Shown here: one piece after another, positions 24,967 to 37,800 of the stretch
Layout: every line of letters starts with the position of its first letter
How positions within the stretch are numbered: position 1 is the first letter of the stretch
Assembly: GCA_013239625.1 (NCBI GenBank)
Contig: MU055753.1
Coordinates: 3,830,153 to 3,894,152, forward strand
Origin: Lama guanicoe
Lineage: Eukaryota
Direction: 5' to 3'
DNA: 64,000 bases
Notes under the pieces: model-generated
The model's database searches: none
Told to the model about the DNA's origin: nothing
Seen by the model: the letters and a program-made list of their open reading frames with translations, nothing else
Translations under genes and position numbers: made by a program

Positions 24967-26214
24967 TGACAAGAGCACAGAGTGGCCTGTGCCCAGGAAT
25001 GCCATGTGAAGCCACCAGGAAGCCTGGTGCCTCTTGAGTGGGCAAGGTGGGCCAAGGGGCCTGGGTGGTGAGGACTCAGGTAACCACTGATCTTCACAGA
25101 TGGGGGCAGGGGCAGGGATTTGCATTGAGGAACACTTCTCCACCTGGAGACACAGAAATGGCTCAGCCAACAAACTAGGAGGAGGTGAGGCAAAACATTA
25201 GTCAGGTAATGAAAGCTCAGGGCCGTGAAATGAGAAAGTCTACTGAAGAAAACAGGGTGGTTGTAGAGCAGAGTGCCGCCGGGGCGGGATGGAGGTGGGC
25301 AAGCTGGCCCACTGAGTGGAAACTTCCCAGGGGGTGTGTCCAGACCAGCCAACCCTATACCATATCCTGTCCAGAAGCTGCAAAGTTGTCCTCTGTCTGA
25401 CCACAGTCAGACTCTGGCCCCTTGTCCCCTCGGCAGCAACCCCCAGCTAAAGTTCCAGTCAGTGCCATCCTCAGAGCCCTTGCCAGAGCGAAGTCGAGTA
25501 TGGGGGTCTCAAGCGAGAAAAGTTGTCCAGCTAAGGAGATAAGCTAGTGTTGACAGCGGAGCAACGCCTTTAGCCTGCTAACAGGGCCCCTTCTGAGACA
25601 TGGACCCCAAGAAGACAACCAGAGAAGTACCCTGGATACAACAGATCGGCCTCCGACTTGATTCCTGGGTTCACCGACCTCTCACAACACCCATGAACCC
25701 TGGGCTAGCGCTGGTTATCTCGGTGCACAGAGAAACTCTGAGCAGCACAGGTCCAGTTCCTGCACGCTGGGCCCGCCCCACCCACCACACAGCTCTACCC
25801 CGACGGGAGCCCCACCCACGACAAGGAGCCTTACCAAGCACAATCCCGCCCACCGGAAGCCCCACCCACAACACAACCCCGCCCACCTACGAAGGTCCTC
25901 CCCCGAAGAGCTCCGCTTCGGCCCTACCCCATCACTTTCGGAATGCGGCGGTTGCCACAGTTTTCAAGGTGCAACCCGAATCCAGGTTGCCCACAAGCCC
26001 GCGTCCCTCATTCCCGCTCCTCCCTCTCGAGAGCAGGGCGCCCAACGCACCGCGAGACCCCCACTGTCGCGTCCTTCTCCAAGCGCGGCGCTCCTATCCC
26101 TGTTGTTGGCGCGGCGGCGGCGCACGCGTTCTGGTCTTTCTGTGTAGTGTGAGAGTGGTGTGGGGAACTTGCGTCACGAACTCCTAAGTCTCGCGGGCCA
26201 GCACTTACTAAGTA

Positions 26215-26285
26215 GCGCCGCTGGTGTAGTGGTATCATGCAAGATTCCCATTCTTGCGACCCGGGTTCGATTCCCGGGCGGCGCA
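26215..26285 (+). tRNA. tRNA-Gly, anticodon CCC
   Basis: GCGCCGCTGGTGTAGTGGTATCATGCAAGATTCCCATTCTTGCGACCCGGGTTCGATTCCCGGGCGGCGCA (71 nt): paired acceptor stem, A and B boxes, CCC anticodon loop, downstream T-tracts at 26292-26295 and 26299-26304. A tRNA-Gly-CCC gene is recalled at the syntenic human position. Confidence 0.97.
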
Positions 26286-26303
26286 GTAGGCTTTTGGCTT
26301 TTT

Positions 26304-26524
26304 TATATCAGTCTAATTTTTTTCAAACATGCCTTTATTGAGTTATAGTCATTTTACAATGTCGTGTTAAATTCCAGTGTATAGTCATTTTACAATGTTG
26401 TGTTAAATTCCAGTGAAAATAACAATTTTTCAGTTATACATGAACATACATATATTCATTGTCACATATTTTTTCGCTGTGAGCTACCACAAGATCTTGT
26501 ATATATTTCCCTGTGCTATACAGT
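26304..26524 (-). mobile_element. 5'-truncated L1 3' end with an internal 36-bp tandem duplication
   Basis: T-rich tail then tttattgag..atagtcattttacaatgt..tatatttccctgtgctatacag (antisense L1 3'UTR). Imperfect TSD TAGGCTTTTGnnTTTTT at 26287-26303 and 26525-26541. Confidence 0.75.
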
Positions 26525-26826
26525 TAGGCTTTTGAGTTTTTGAGGTTTTTTTGACCACCATTTCAAAAAACTCTGACCTAAGAGATTTCATCAACGAAAA
26601 AAAGCCAGACAAGCGGGAAGCATCTATTCAGGTGATATGCGAACGACACAATTTTGGAGTAACAAGCGCGATGAAAAAGCTAGGACAGCCATGGACACCG
26701 GGTGCTGAGCCGATAGGCTCCTGTAAGCCGGTGACCCAGCTCGTCGCCCGATCCGCCGCCGGAGACAGCCGCTCGCTGAGCGCCTCCAGCGGCTGCGGAC
26801 CCTTTAACGCATGGCGCGCGTCCTCC

Positions 26827-26841
26827 TGGGAATTGTAGTCC
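26827..26841 (-). promoter_or_regulatory. ZNF143/THAP11-type ACTACAnnTCCC motif in the METTL26 CpG-island promoter
   Basis: Plus-strand tgggaattgtagtcc reads GGACTACAATTCCCA on the minus strand, about 80 nt upstream of the METTL26 ATG. Confidence 0.65.
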
Positions 26842-26848
26842 GTGGTGA

Positions 26849-28437
<1,589 letters not shown>

Positions 28438-28544
28438 TAAACCCAGACTACCAGCACCTGCTTCCCTGGGCCACACTATGGGGACTGGCTCTGCCCAGGC
28501 TAGGAGTTCTTGACCAGTGGCCACAAGGCTGCTGACAGCCTGGA

Positions 28545-28550
28545 AATAAA
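28545..28550 (+). terminator. METTL26 polyadenylation signal AATAAA
   Basis: AATAAA 140 nt after the ancestral stop codon. Confidence 0.75.
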
Positions 28551-28954
28551 GTGTTTCCTGCTGCCCCACTGCTGGTATGGAGGATGATGGGTGGGCAGGC
28601 TGTCTCTCCGAGGGTTCCATACTGTGGGCAGGAGGGCTTTGGCCTGTAGGTCAGGGCTTGGGGGCATCCTGGACTCTGTTGCTCCACTCTGACAGTGAGG
28701 GGAGGGAGAGAGGGAGGGAGGACCCAGGGATCGCTGAGACAACACTGAACTGGATGTCTGGCCTTCTACCATGGGAGGTGGCACCACCTCAGTGGCTGGT
28801 CCTCACTTGTGCTTCCGCAGGGACACAGGAGGCTCCCTAGAAGGGGGGTGGTGCTCCTTGGTGACCTCAGACTGGAGCCAAAGCCCCATGTGGTGGGAGG
28901 ATCCCTGCTGAAGCAGGCCAGGTGGGGAAGGGTCAGGCCTTGCGGTCCAGGACT

Positions 28955-28960
28955 TTTATT
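28955..28960 (-). terminator. WFIKKN1 polyadenylation signal AATAAA
   Basis: TTTATT on the plus strand, about 50 nt after the WFIKKN1 stop. Confidence 0.7.
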
Positions 28961-29010
28961 CAGCTGCCAGAGGTGGGGTGGGTGGGTGTGGGGTTGGGTG
29001 GGTGGATTGG

Positions 29011-31275
29011 CTAGTCCTGGAAGCGGTTGAGCAGCTCACAGGCCTTCCTCTCTAGCAGCTCCGAGATCTTCTTGACTCGCTTTTCACTGGCAGCACGGAC
29101 GTAGCTGCCTGCGTCCAGCATGGCCACGCCGTCTCGTACCTCGCCCATGATGACCAGTGGGCTATCGCCCACTGTCACGTTGGGGCAGGGGCAGGCCCGG
29201 TCCATGCCACTCAGCGTCACCTCTAGGTACTTGGTGCCCAAGAACCTGAGGCCCATCTTGTCATCCTTAAGCACATCGTCCAGGGCCACACGAGCGATGC
29301 CGCCACTGCCTGCCTCGGGCTCCTCCAGCACCTCGATCAGCCGGCCCACGATGGCGAAGTCGCTGCGGCACAGGCTGAGTGCCAGCTTGCTCCGGAGCCG
29401 GCAGGCCCGGCAGGGCATTGTTCGCGGCACAGGGCAGGCATCCTCACAGCTCTCACGGCTCTCAAAGTTGTTGCCGTTGCCCTCGCAGCCGCTGTACACG
29501 AAGGGGTGGCACTGCTGCAGCAGCGGACTGTAGGCCCAGCGTGGCTCCCAGCCCTGGCAGGGGCCCTGCACGGCAGGCAGCACGCAGGCATCCCTGGGGC
29601 CGTGAGCACAGGCCTGCTGGCACGCCTCATAGGTCTCAAAGCCCTGGGCACTCCCTACACAGCTGCCAACCAGAAAGGTCATGCAGCCACCCCGCTGTGG
29701 GTCAAAGTGCCAAAGGACTAGGCCAGAGTCAGGGCCAACACAGGTCTGTGTGCTGGGAAGGCACTCAGCCGGGGCGTCAGGGGCCCCGTCCCTGGCCAGC
29801 TCTCGCTGGACCACGGAGAGCGGGAAGTCAGCCCGCAGCAGGCCAGCAGCATTTCGTGCGGTGCACGTGTAGAGGCCGGCATCCTCAAGCCGGGCGTTGT
29901 AAAGCACCAGCTGCCCGATGCTGGTGACCACCACATTGCCATACATCTGGTCTGGCCGCATGATCAGGTTCTCCCGCTGGTCACTCTGCTTCTCCCAGGT
30001 CACGGCAGGTGGCGGGTGGCCACTGACATCACAGTGGAGGCTGGCTGTGCCCCCCACATACACTGCCTGTGGGGAGGGGCTGCTGTAGAGGGCAGGCGGC
30101 ACCAGGGCATCCCCAGGCGTCGGGCGGGCAGTGGTCTCAGGGGGCCCTGGGCTGCTGGGTGGCCAGCTGAGGACATGCTTGCAGGGCACGACATGCAGGC
30201 GGAGGCCTCGCAGGCAGGCCTCAGCGTCCATGTAACAGCGGTTGTAGTAGGTGAGGCCGTCCGAGGCGCAGGTGAAGCTGGGCTCCTTCTCACAGCGGTC
30301 ACGGCAGCGGCACACGGGCTGTCCATCCCAGATGTCACAGTCGGAGCCCTGCTGCGGGCACACAAAGCCTTCGCAGGAGGCCGCCTGCACGGGTGCCACC
30401 TCCAGGCCGCTGTTGGGGAAGCGGGCCGCTACACAGCTCCGCAGCCCACACACATTGGTGCAGCACTTCTCGGTGGCTGAACAGTCCTAGAGGGTGGGGG
30501 ACAGCTCAGTGGACACCCTAATACCCCCCAGCACGGTCAGGGGTGCATCTCCTGCTGCCTCTCCCTGAATCTGTTTCCCCTCTGGGAGCTGAGCAGGTTT
30601 GCAGAAGTTTGCATGCCATGTTGTACAGTGAACTACAGCTCCCTGGTATGCCCATCACCCATGTCATCTCATTGAACCTCATTGAATCCTTTGGTCCCCA
30701 AAGCAGATTTTTTTATTATTCCTGTCATACAGATGTGGACACTGAGGCTGGAGAGGACATAAAATGTGTTTAAGGCCACTTCAGTGGTGCATGGTGGGGG
30801 TGTGCGGGTCTGGGGAGTAAGAAGGGGGCCCCCCAATCTTCAAACACACGAAGGCAAAGACTAGGGGTGTCTTTCCCCTGGGACCCTCATACAGAGCATA
30901 GTGTGAAACTAGCAGAACAGTGGGGAGCCCAAGGAGGGAGTGAACTCCCAGGGCTGAGGGCTGCCAGGGTCCCCTCTGCAGGCAAGGCCTAGGGCAGGGG
31001 TGAGGTCTGGGCTTCCCCCAGGCTGGCCAGAACCTCCAGACACTCTGGGCCCCTACAGTCTGCCCACCCCCCAACCGGGCCAGCAGGGATGTGCCCACGC
31101 TCACCTGATCCCCGATGCACTCACGCTCACAGGTGCTCTGGGCGTCCACCCAGAGGTTGGGGCTGAGCTGGTTGGGGCACACACCCGGATGGCTCCCGGG
31201 TCCTGGCGGCAGGTTGGCCCCTGAAGTCAGCCCAACCAGGAGGAGCAGCGGCAGGAGTGGCCTCGAGGCCGGCAT
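29011..31275 (-). CDS. WFIKKN1: WAP, follistatin/Kazal, immunoglobulin, Kunitz and netrin domain-containing protein 1 (GASP-2), 2 exons, 548 aa
   Basis: Exon 1 31105-31275 (signal peptide MPASRPLLPLLLLVGLTSG plus WAP start); exon 2 29011-30486. Total 1647 nt. WAP, follistatin/Kazal, Ig, two Kunitz and NTR cysteine patterns are intact; ends ELLNRFQD*. Confidence 0.97.
30650..30780. mobile_element. MIR SINE fragment in the WFIKKN1 intron
   Basis: MIR core-like tattattcctgtcatacagatgtggacactgaggct...taaggccac. Confidence 0.55.
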
Positions 31276-33249
31276 GGGGACTGTGGGACCAGGGGTGGGG
31301 CTGTGTGGCCACTAGCCCCTCCTCAGGCCCTGCCGAGCCCCACTCCCTACAGGCATCCACCCTTCCACACCTGTGGTCGGTACCCCTGCCCTCTGACCCT
31401 GGGCTCCCCTCTCTCCAGCAAGGTCGGAGCTCACGGTAGACGCTGTCCCAGGGGCTGGGTGGGTCCGGGTCTCTCCGAGCCGAGTCTGTGCATGTGGCAC
31501 TGGCCCCTCCCCCGCCTGGCCCCTCTGGTCAGCTCAGGGCAGGGGGCGGGGAAAGGCGAGGAAGGCTGGGGAGGGGCCAGCACCCAGAAGCACAGAGACA
31601 CTGGCCACAAGGGTCACCAAGGGGCGGAGAAGGGCTGGCTCTGGCTGGAGAGGGAGGGGGAACCCTGTAACCGGAGCCCCTCCTTCCTCCAGGCCCTGGG
31701 CTCAGGGATGGAAAGGCCCAGGGATCAAAGCTGCCCTGCAGGAGGGGGCAGGGCTGGACAACTCCTCGGGCTCCCCTACCCATCCCCGGGCCAGGATCTT
31801 TCCCAAAGCAGGCCCAGGCTGGCCCGCCACCTGGAAGTCACTGTCCAGGCAGAGGTGCAGGGGCTCTGCATCCCACCTAGCAACAATGGGGTTTTGTTCC
31901 CTTCCCAGGAGAGATTCCACAACCTCCTCCATGCCGCTTCTGAAGGTCATACCCTGCCAACAAGTTCTGGAATCAAATCTAAGCCCTTTCTGCCGGAGGG
32001 TTAACCCTCTGCAGCACAAAGATGCCTGATGGGTGTAGCCGGGCCTTTCTCTGACCAGTGACTGACGGGGTTGGGAGAGGCTGATGCATGGCAGGACTTT
32101 GCATTTAGTGAGCACCCCTCCCCAGTCCCCTGCTGAAACCCAGGTGCCCAACTTCTGGTCTAGGCCCTTCCTCAACTGATTAATAGGTGCCAAAAAGTGA
32201 GGTCCCAGAGAAGTGGGCAGGGAGGAAATGGCCTGTATATGCTGACCAGTCACACAGCTGTGAACACTGGAAATGTGGCCGAGGGTATCTACTTGGTCTG
32301 ACTTGTGATTCTCAGTGTCCATGGCCCTGTGGCTGAGTCCTGACAGCAATCATGGGCATCTAAAAGCACCCTGAAAACAGCATGTCACAGGAGAGCTTAA
32401 GGAACTACAGGACCCAAAGGTCTTCCCCTGCCCACTTCAGGCCCCTGCACCATGGAGCCCCTCCCAGGGATGGGGGTAGGTGGGGACATCAAATGCAGCC
32501 ACGGCCATAATGTGCCCTATCCAGGGGGCTGGGGCCCCAGGAAGTGTCTGCTCTGAGACTGGATGGAAAAATGTCCTGTGACCCTGTCTGGTCCCAATGA
32601 GACCAAGAGATGCCCCAGCTGTAGAGGACACCATCAGTCCCCTGCCCTATGTGGGGTCCCCAGGCATAGGGGCTTGAGGCCCAGGACACCCCTGTGGAGC
32701 CACAGCCAGAGGCAGTGTTTCCCGAGGGTGGGGGCCACTTTTAGAGGAATTGCCCCAACCGCAGCCCTGCTGGTCTCTAGGGCATCTGTCATGTCCCTGA
32801 GCTAAGCCCTGCACACCCTGTAAGCAGATGGCTCTCCCACTGAGGATGCCAACTCCAAGACCCAGGTTCTTGCAGCTCTGGTGAGTCTTGGGGTATGGTC
32901 CTTCCAGCCCACCACCCTCGCAGGGAGCAGTGTGAACTTGGCAATCAGGCCCTGCCCAGGCCACGAAAGAGAGCTCAATGTCCCAAGTTCTGGCCCCAGG
33001 GACAACAAGCAACAGGTGGTCCCAGTGGCTGAGGGTTGCAGTACTGCACAGGCAGGGACAGGCTGAGGAGAGCTGCTTCCTGGCCCTCCAGGAACACAGG
33101 CAGCCCTGAAAGAAACCCGGCAGCCCTCAGGCCAGGACATGGAAGCTAAGCAGGGCAGTCATGGAGGACAGAGAATCTGCAGTGAAACCCTAAAACCTAC
33201 ATGCAGCCATTCACTCAAAACACAGCCTGCAGTCCAGAGCTAAATTATG

Positions 33250-33255
33250 TTTACT
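33250..33255 (-). terminator. Probable RAB40C variant polyadenylation signal AGTAAA
   Basis: Minus strand reads tttgtacAGTAAAcataattta: a UGUA motif directly upstream in U-rich context, implying a 3'UTR of about 1.6 kb. Confidence 0.5.
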
Positions 33256-34850
33256 GTACAAAGAAACTAAAACCATCCAAAACAAGCCCAGGAACGGTGC
33301 AAGTGTGGACAGCAGCAAAGGGTAGTGTTGATATGGTGAATGCAGGATCATCTATTTCCTCAAAACAAAGTTCAGAGAAGGGGCTCCTGCTGGCAGGACA
33401 GGACAGGTGGGGCCTCCTCCGCCTGACCCCTGCTGGCAGCCAGGCCTCAGCCAGGCTCCCAGCTCACACGTGCTGCAGGCCCTCCCTGCCTCGCCTCCCA
33501 GAACAGCAGCACCCAGGACAGTCCCCGAGCAGGGGGTTGGGGTGGGGTATCACAGGCCAGGGAAGGGCCCATGGGCAGGAGGTAGAGTTGAGCACCAGTG
33601 TGACCAGTGGCCACGTCACCAGCCAGGTGGACGGAAGGAGGCCTGGCCTCCAGCTCAGGCTGGCTGGTGGGTCCTCGAGGAGGGGCTCAGCATCCACCAC
33701 TAAGAAAAGGGTGAGAAAGGTTTGGTGACAGGTGACCTCACAGAGGGATGACACCAGGTAAGGAGCAGCTATGGGATCACACCCAAGGTCAGGAGACAGA
33801 AGCTGGCCAGAGCAGGGTCTAGACACCCCAGAAGGCAAATGGGGTGGGCTCAGTCCAGATCTGCCCAGGGCCCGGTGGCCCCAGGGAGTACTTATCATCT
33901 ATAAGTAGCTCTGTGCCTTCAACTCAGAGACGCCGAGCCAATTTCATGTAGCAACAGATGTAAACAGAACCAGAGGTGCAGAATCAGGGAAGGAAGGTTG
34001 TTGGCCCCCATGTAGGGGAGGGGGAGCTGGGGAAGGAGTTAGGGGGCGCACCCCACGTCCCCTTTTCCAAGAAACATGGAAATTCCACTCGGTAACCTGT
34101 GAGTTGCCCTGGCTCTGAGCCCAGAGCTCCATGACACACTGGAACACGTCCAGAAGGCTGGCGGGAGCCTGAAGCTGCAGACCCACTGTGCAGACTGCTG
34201 GGGCCCGCACGCTCACCGCTGCCCAGAGCTACGTGGTGGGCATGCTGCTCACCATGCTCAGAGAAGCCAACGAGTGTAGCTGGGGAGTTCAAGGTTCCTG
34301 CCCAAAGCTTCCACATGTCCCCACTGGCCCCTACACAGCCCACACCCCCATGTGAAGTATTAGGTGAATTCAGATTCAAGCTGTGATGGTGGATTCCTTC
34401 CCATCTTTGCCTCAAATACACCCCCTCTCCCAATGTCCCAAAGCTCATCCCCATAGTCGTCACCGTGTCATTGCATCAAGGCTTCCCTGCTGCTCCTTTA
34501 AAAATGTACAAAAGGGGTGAACCATCTTTTACATAAATAAGAAAGGGAATCTGGCCTCTCAGTCACCAGGGACAGCCCCTTCAAGGCTGGGGCCAGGCCA
34601 AGCTGCCTCCTGGGCTCTTCTCAGCCGCCCCTTGGAGGCCTGGGCATTTCTGCCACAATCCCGGCAGCCTGGCCCTCCCCATCCTGTGGAACTGGTTTGG
34701 CTGGGACCCCAGCCTACTAGGTGCATCCCCACGCTTCCCAGGAGGGGCTGTGTGGCCAAAGTTTTCCCTGTATACTGTGTTCGGCCCAGGCCCAGCCAGG
34801 AACTCTCCAAAGGCGTCAGCCCTCCCAGGGCACATCAGGACAGCAGGTGA

Positions 34851-37800
34851 CTACGAGATCTTGCAGTTGCTCCGTGAGCAGTTCTGGGGTGGGCTCTGGG
34901 GGGGGCGTATGGACTTGGACCGCTTGAGGCTGTTGCCCTTGCTGCTGCCACCCCCAGCGCCACTGGCCAGCGAGTAGGAGCGCCCATGCATCATGACGGC
35001 GTTCATGCCATTGGCCATTGAGAAGGACTTGAGATGGCTCTTGATAGTGACAGGCAGCGGGAGCTTGTCGATGAGGTGCACGGGGGTACAGGAAACGATG
35101 GCCCGGCAGCAAAGGTCCTGCAGACTGAACACTGCAGATGGGGGTCAGATGATGGGGTGGTCAGACTGTGAGGAATGGGGTCAGACTGTAGAGGGGTGGG
35201 GCAGTGAAGTACGGGGAGACATTGAGGGGCAAGCGGCCGTTTCACCTGCAGATGAGCACAGGTGACGCCTGGTAGAGGCTGTGGATCGGGGAGGTCTACC
35301 AAGCTCCCAGAATTCCCTAACCTGGGTGCCCCCTGACCCTGCACCAGGCACCCTTCTCCCGTTTCCTCCCTGGAGTCACACACTGAGAGGTGCCCTGGGG
35401 AGCCAGGCAGGGACTGAGCTTCCCTTGCCATCTTGGCAGCTCCGCTCTGGTGGTACTGCTGAGCCTAAGGGACTGGGCACCAAGTGAGTGGAGGACTGGG
35501 AGGTGGGGTGGGGGCGGGGGCGGTGGTGAGCTTGGAACCTGCTCCCCTGCGGGTAGTGCTGGTAGATGGGGTGGAATCTTGGGCTGGAGGGCAGGCCTGC
35601 AATGCCCTATGGCCCTCCAAGATCCCACCCACTGCAGCATGGCCCTGCCCCTCTGTAGTCCCACCCCATGGTCCTCCGGGGCCCCGCCCCCTGAACCTGG
35701 CCCCACCTCACCTCGGTTGGGCCTCCAGATCTTCTCCATGCCATGCCGCATGAGCACGATGCGGGACAGCTCGGTGAAGGACTCGATGACATTGAAATTG
35801 CACAACGGGCTGACCTCAAAGAAAGTCATGCAGTTCTTCTCCGCGTAGGCGCGTGCCTGCTCTGTCGGGACTTGCCGCTTGAAGGCCAGGTGCAGCCGGT
35901 TCCCAACCAGGATCCGGGGGACCCCGGGCGCATGCTTGGGAGGTACAGGACTCATCAGGTGCACAAACGCGGGGTGCCCACTCTCTGCGCTGTACCCCCC
36001 AAGCAGGAGGGGCCCTCTGTTGATTCTGTGACAGGTTGAGTCTCCTTGGGACACAGGACCCCACCCTAGAGTGCCACAGCAATCAGTGCACCAGAGGATG
36101 CACAGAGCCAGGGCATGGGAGGGGCAGCAAATGGGGGCCACAGAGACTCCCCACCAGGATACGAGTACACATGCCCCAGGAAGGGGGTGACCTTGGAAGG
36201 GGGTGTCCACAGAAGCACACCTACCTCATCGATCTCCTTGATCCATCGGTCAATGCCGTCGAAAGACCAGCGGTTGGTGATGTCATACACCAGGAGGATC
36301 CCCTGCAAGGGAAACTCAGGTGTTGCGAGGCCCAGGGGCCACCTGGATGGAAGGGGTCTTGTTGGGGCTCTGCCCCACTTCACTCCCACCCAACACAAGA
36401 AGGACTAGGGACACTCGGGCACCAGCCAGATAGGTGTCAGGTAGACCATACAATTTACCTAACATGGGGCAATGTGGAAAATGTGCTTTGAGCCTTCCTC
36501 TTGCATTTAAGAGGGGCTCTGTGCACAGGGCTCAGCTACCCCTGTCTCTGTCTCCTCACTGTGGCCCTCGACACCTGCCATGTGGGGTGGTGGTCTGACT
36601 GTCAGGGATCTCCTGGGCTCAAGGCTGCCTCCTCTCTCCCCTTGGGGATTAAGAAGGGGGCAGACCTGGCATTTTTTTCAACACCTTTTCCTCCAAGCAC
36701 ACTGTGTTACCCTGTGATCATTTAAAATTCACTTGAGCTAAGAAAGGGGCACATGGAACTATAGTGAAGGGCAGGCCTTGAGGACAATTTTGGCAGGCAG
36801 GTGTGGGGCCGTGTCCCGGGCACTGTCCAACAGTGCATTCTTCCTGGGGGATGCCAGGGGTGCTGAGCAGAGGTGTTTCTGTGGTTTCCAACCCACACTT
36901 ACAGAGGACTTCAGTCACTCCAGCAGCTGCATGCGCTTTCCCATCGCATCCCTCAGAGACCACTTACTCCACCCACCTAGCTCCCCTTGTTGTCCCTACT
37001 CTAAACATCTCAGCGGCGACCAGTCAAGAGCCTCGGGAAGGTGACTCCAGCAAGCTAGCGCAACCCCTTGGCCCACTGCCTGTCTCTCACTCTACATTCC
37101 ACTCTGTAGCAGGCTCAGGTACCAAAACCCATCTGCAAGCAGGATTCACACTCCTCCCTGTCTCAGGAAGGCTTCATTCATTCAGCCCACGTTTCTATCA
37201 CACACAGGGGAGGAGAAAAGTGCAGCTGAGTTAGAAGGAACAGGGCATATTCCATCTCAAAATAAGGAATTTTAAATCCCTTCCTCTTAAAAATGTCCTT
37301 CAAATTCTGGAAGAGTAGGCCCTGTTAAGATGAAGATCAAGATTACTTTAAACTCCACATGTAGCTCCAGGAAGGCCCCTGGCTTGCTGGGGAGGAAGAG
37401 CTAGGCCTGGAGGGAAATCGTCCACTATGGTGGGCAACAGAATATGACTGAAAAGAAATTCATCCTGTTGTCAGGGGCACAGGGACCAAAGCCCTCTCCC
37501 TGGATGCTGGGGTGGGGGTAGGGCTACTAGCCCTCCAACTCAGAAACCCTCTTCTGAGAGATAATTGAAGATATGTCCAAAAACCAGCCTTCACAGATGC
37601 TCATCAAAGCACTGCCCATAAAACAAAACAAAAAAAAAATGAGAAACAAACTAAATATGCAGCCCCCAGTGCTGCTGAACAGCTGGAGCAAGGTGCAGAC
37701 TCCCCAGGCGGGCAATGTAAGTAACAGTACTTGAGAAGTACACATGCTTATCACTAGAGTGTGAGGTAACAAATGCAGATCCCAAAGTTACACAGAGGGC

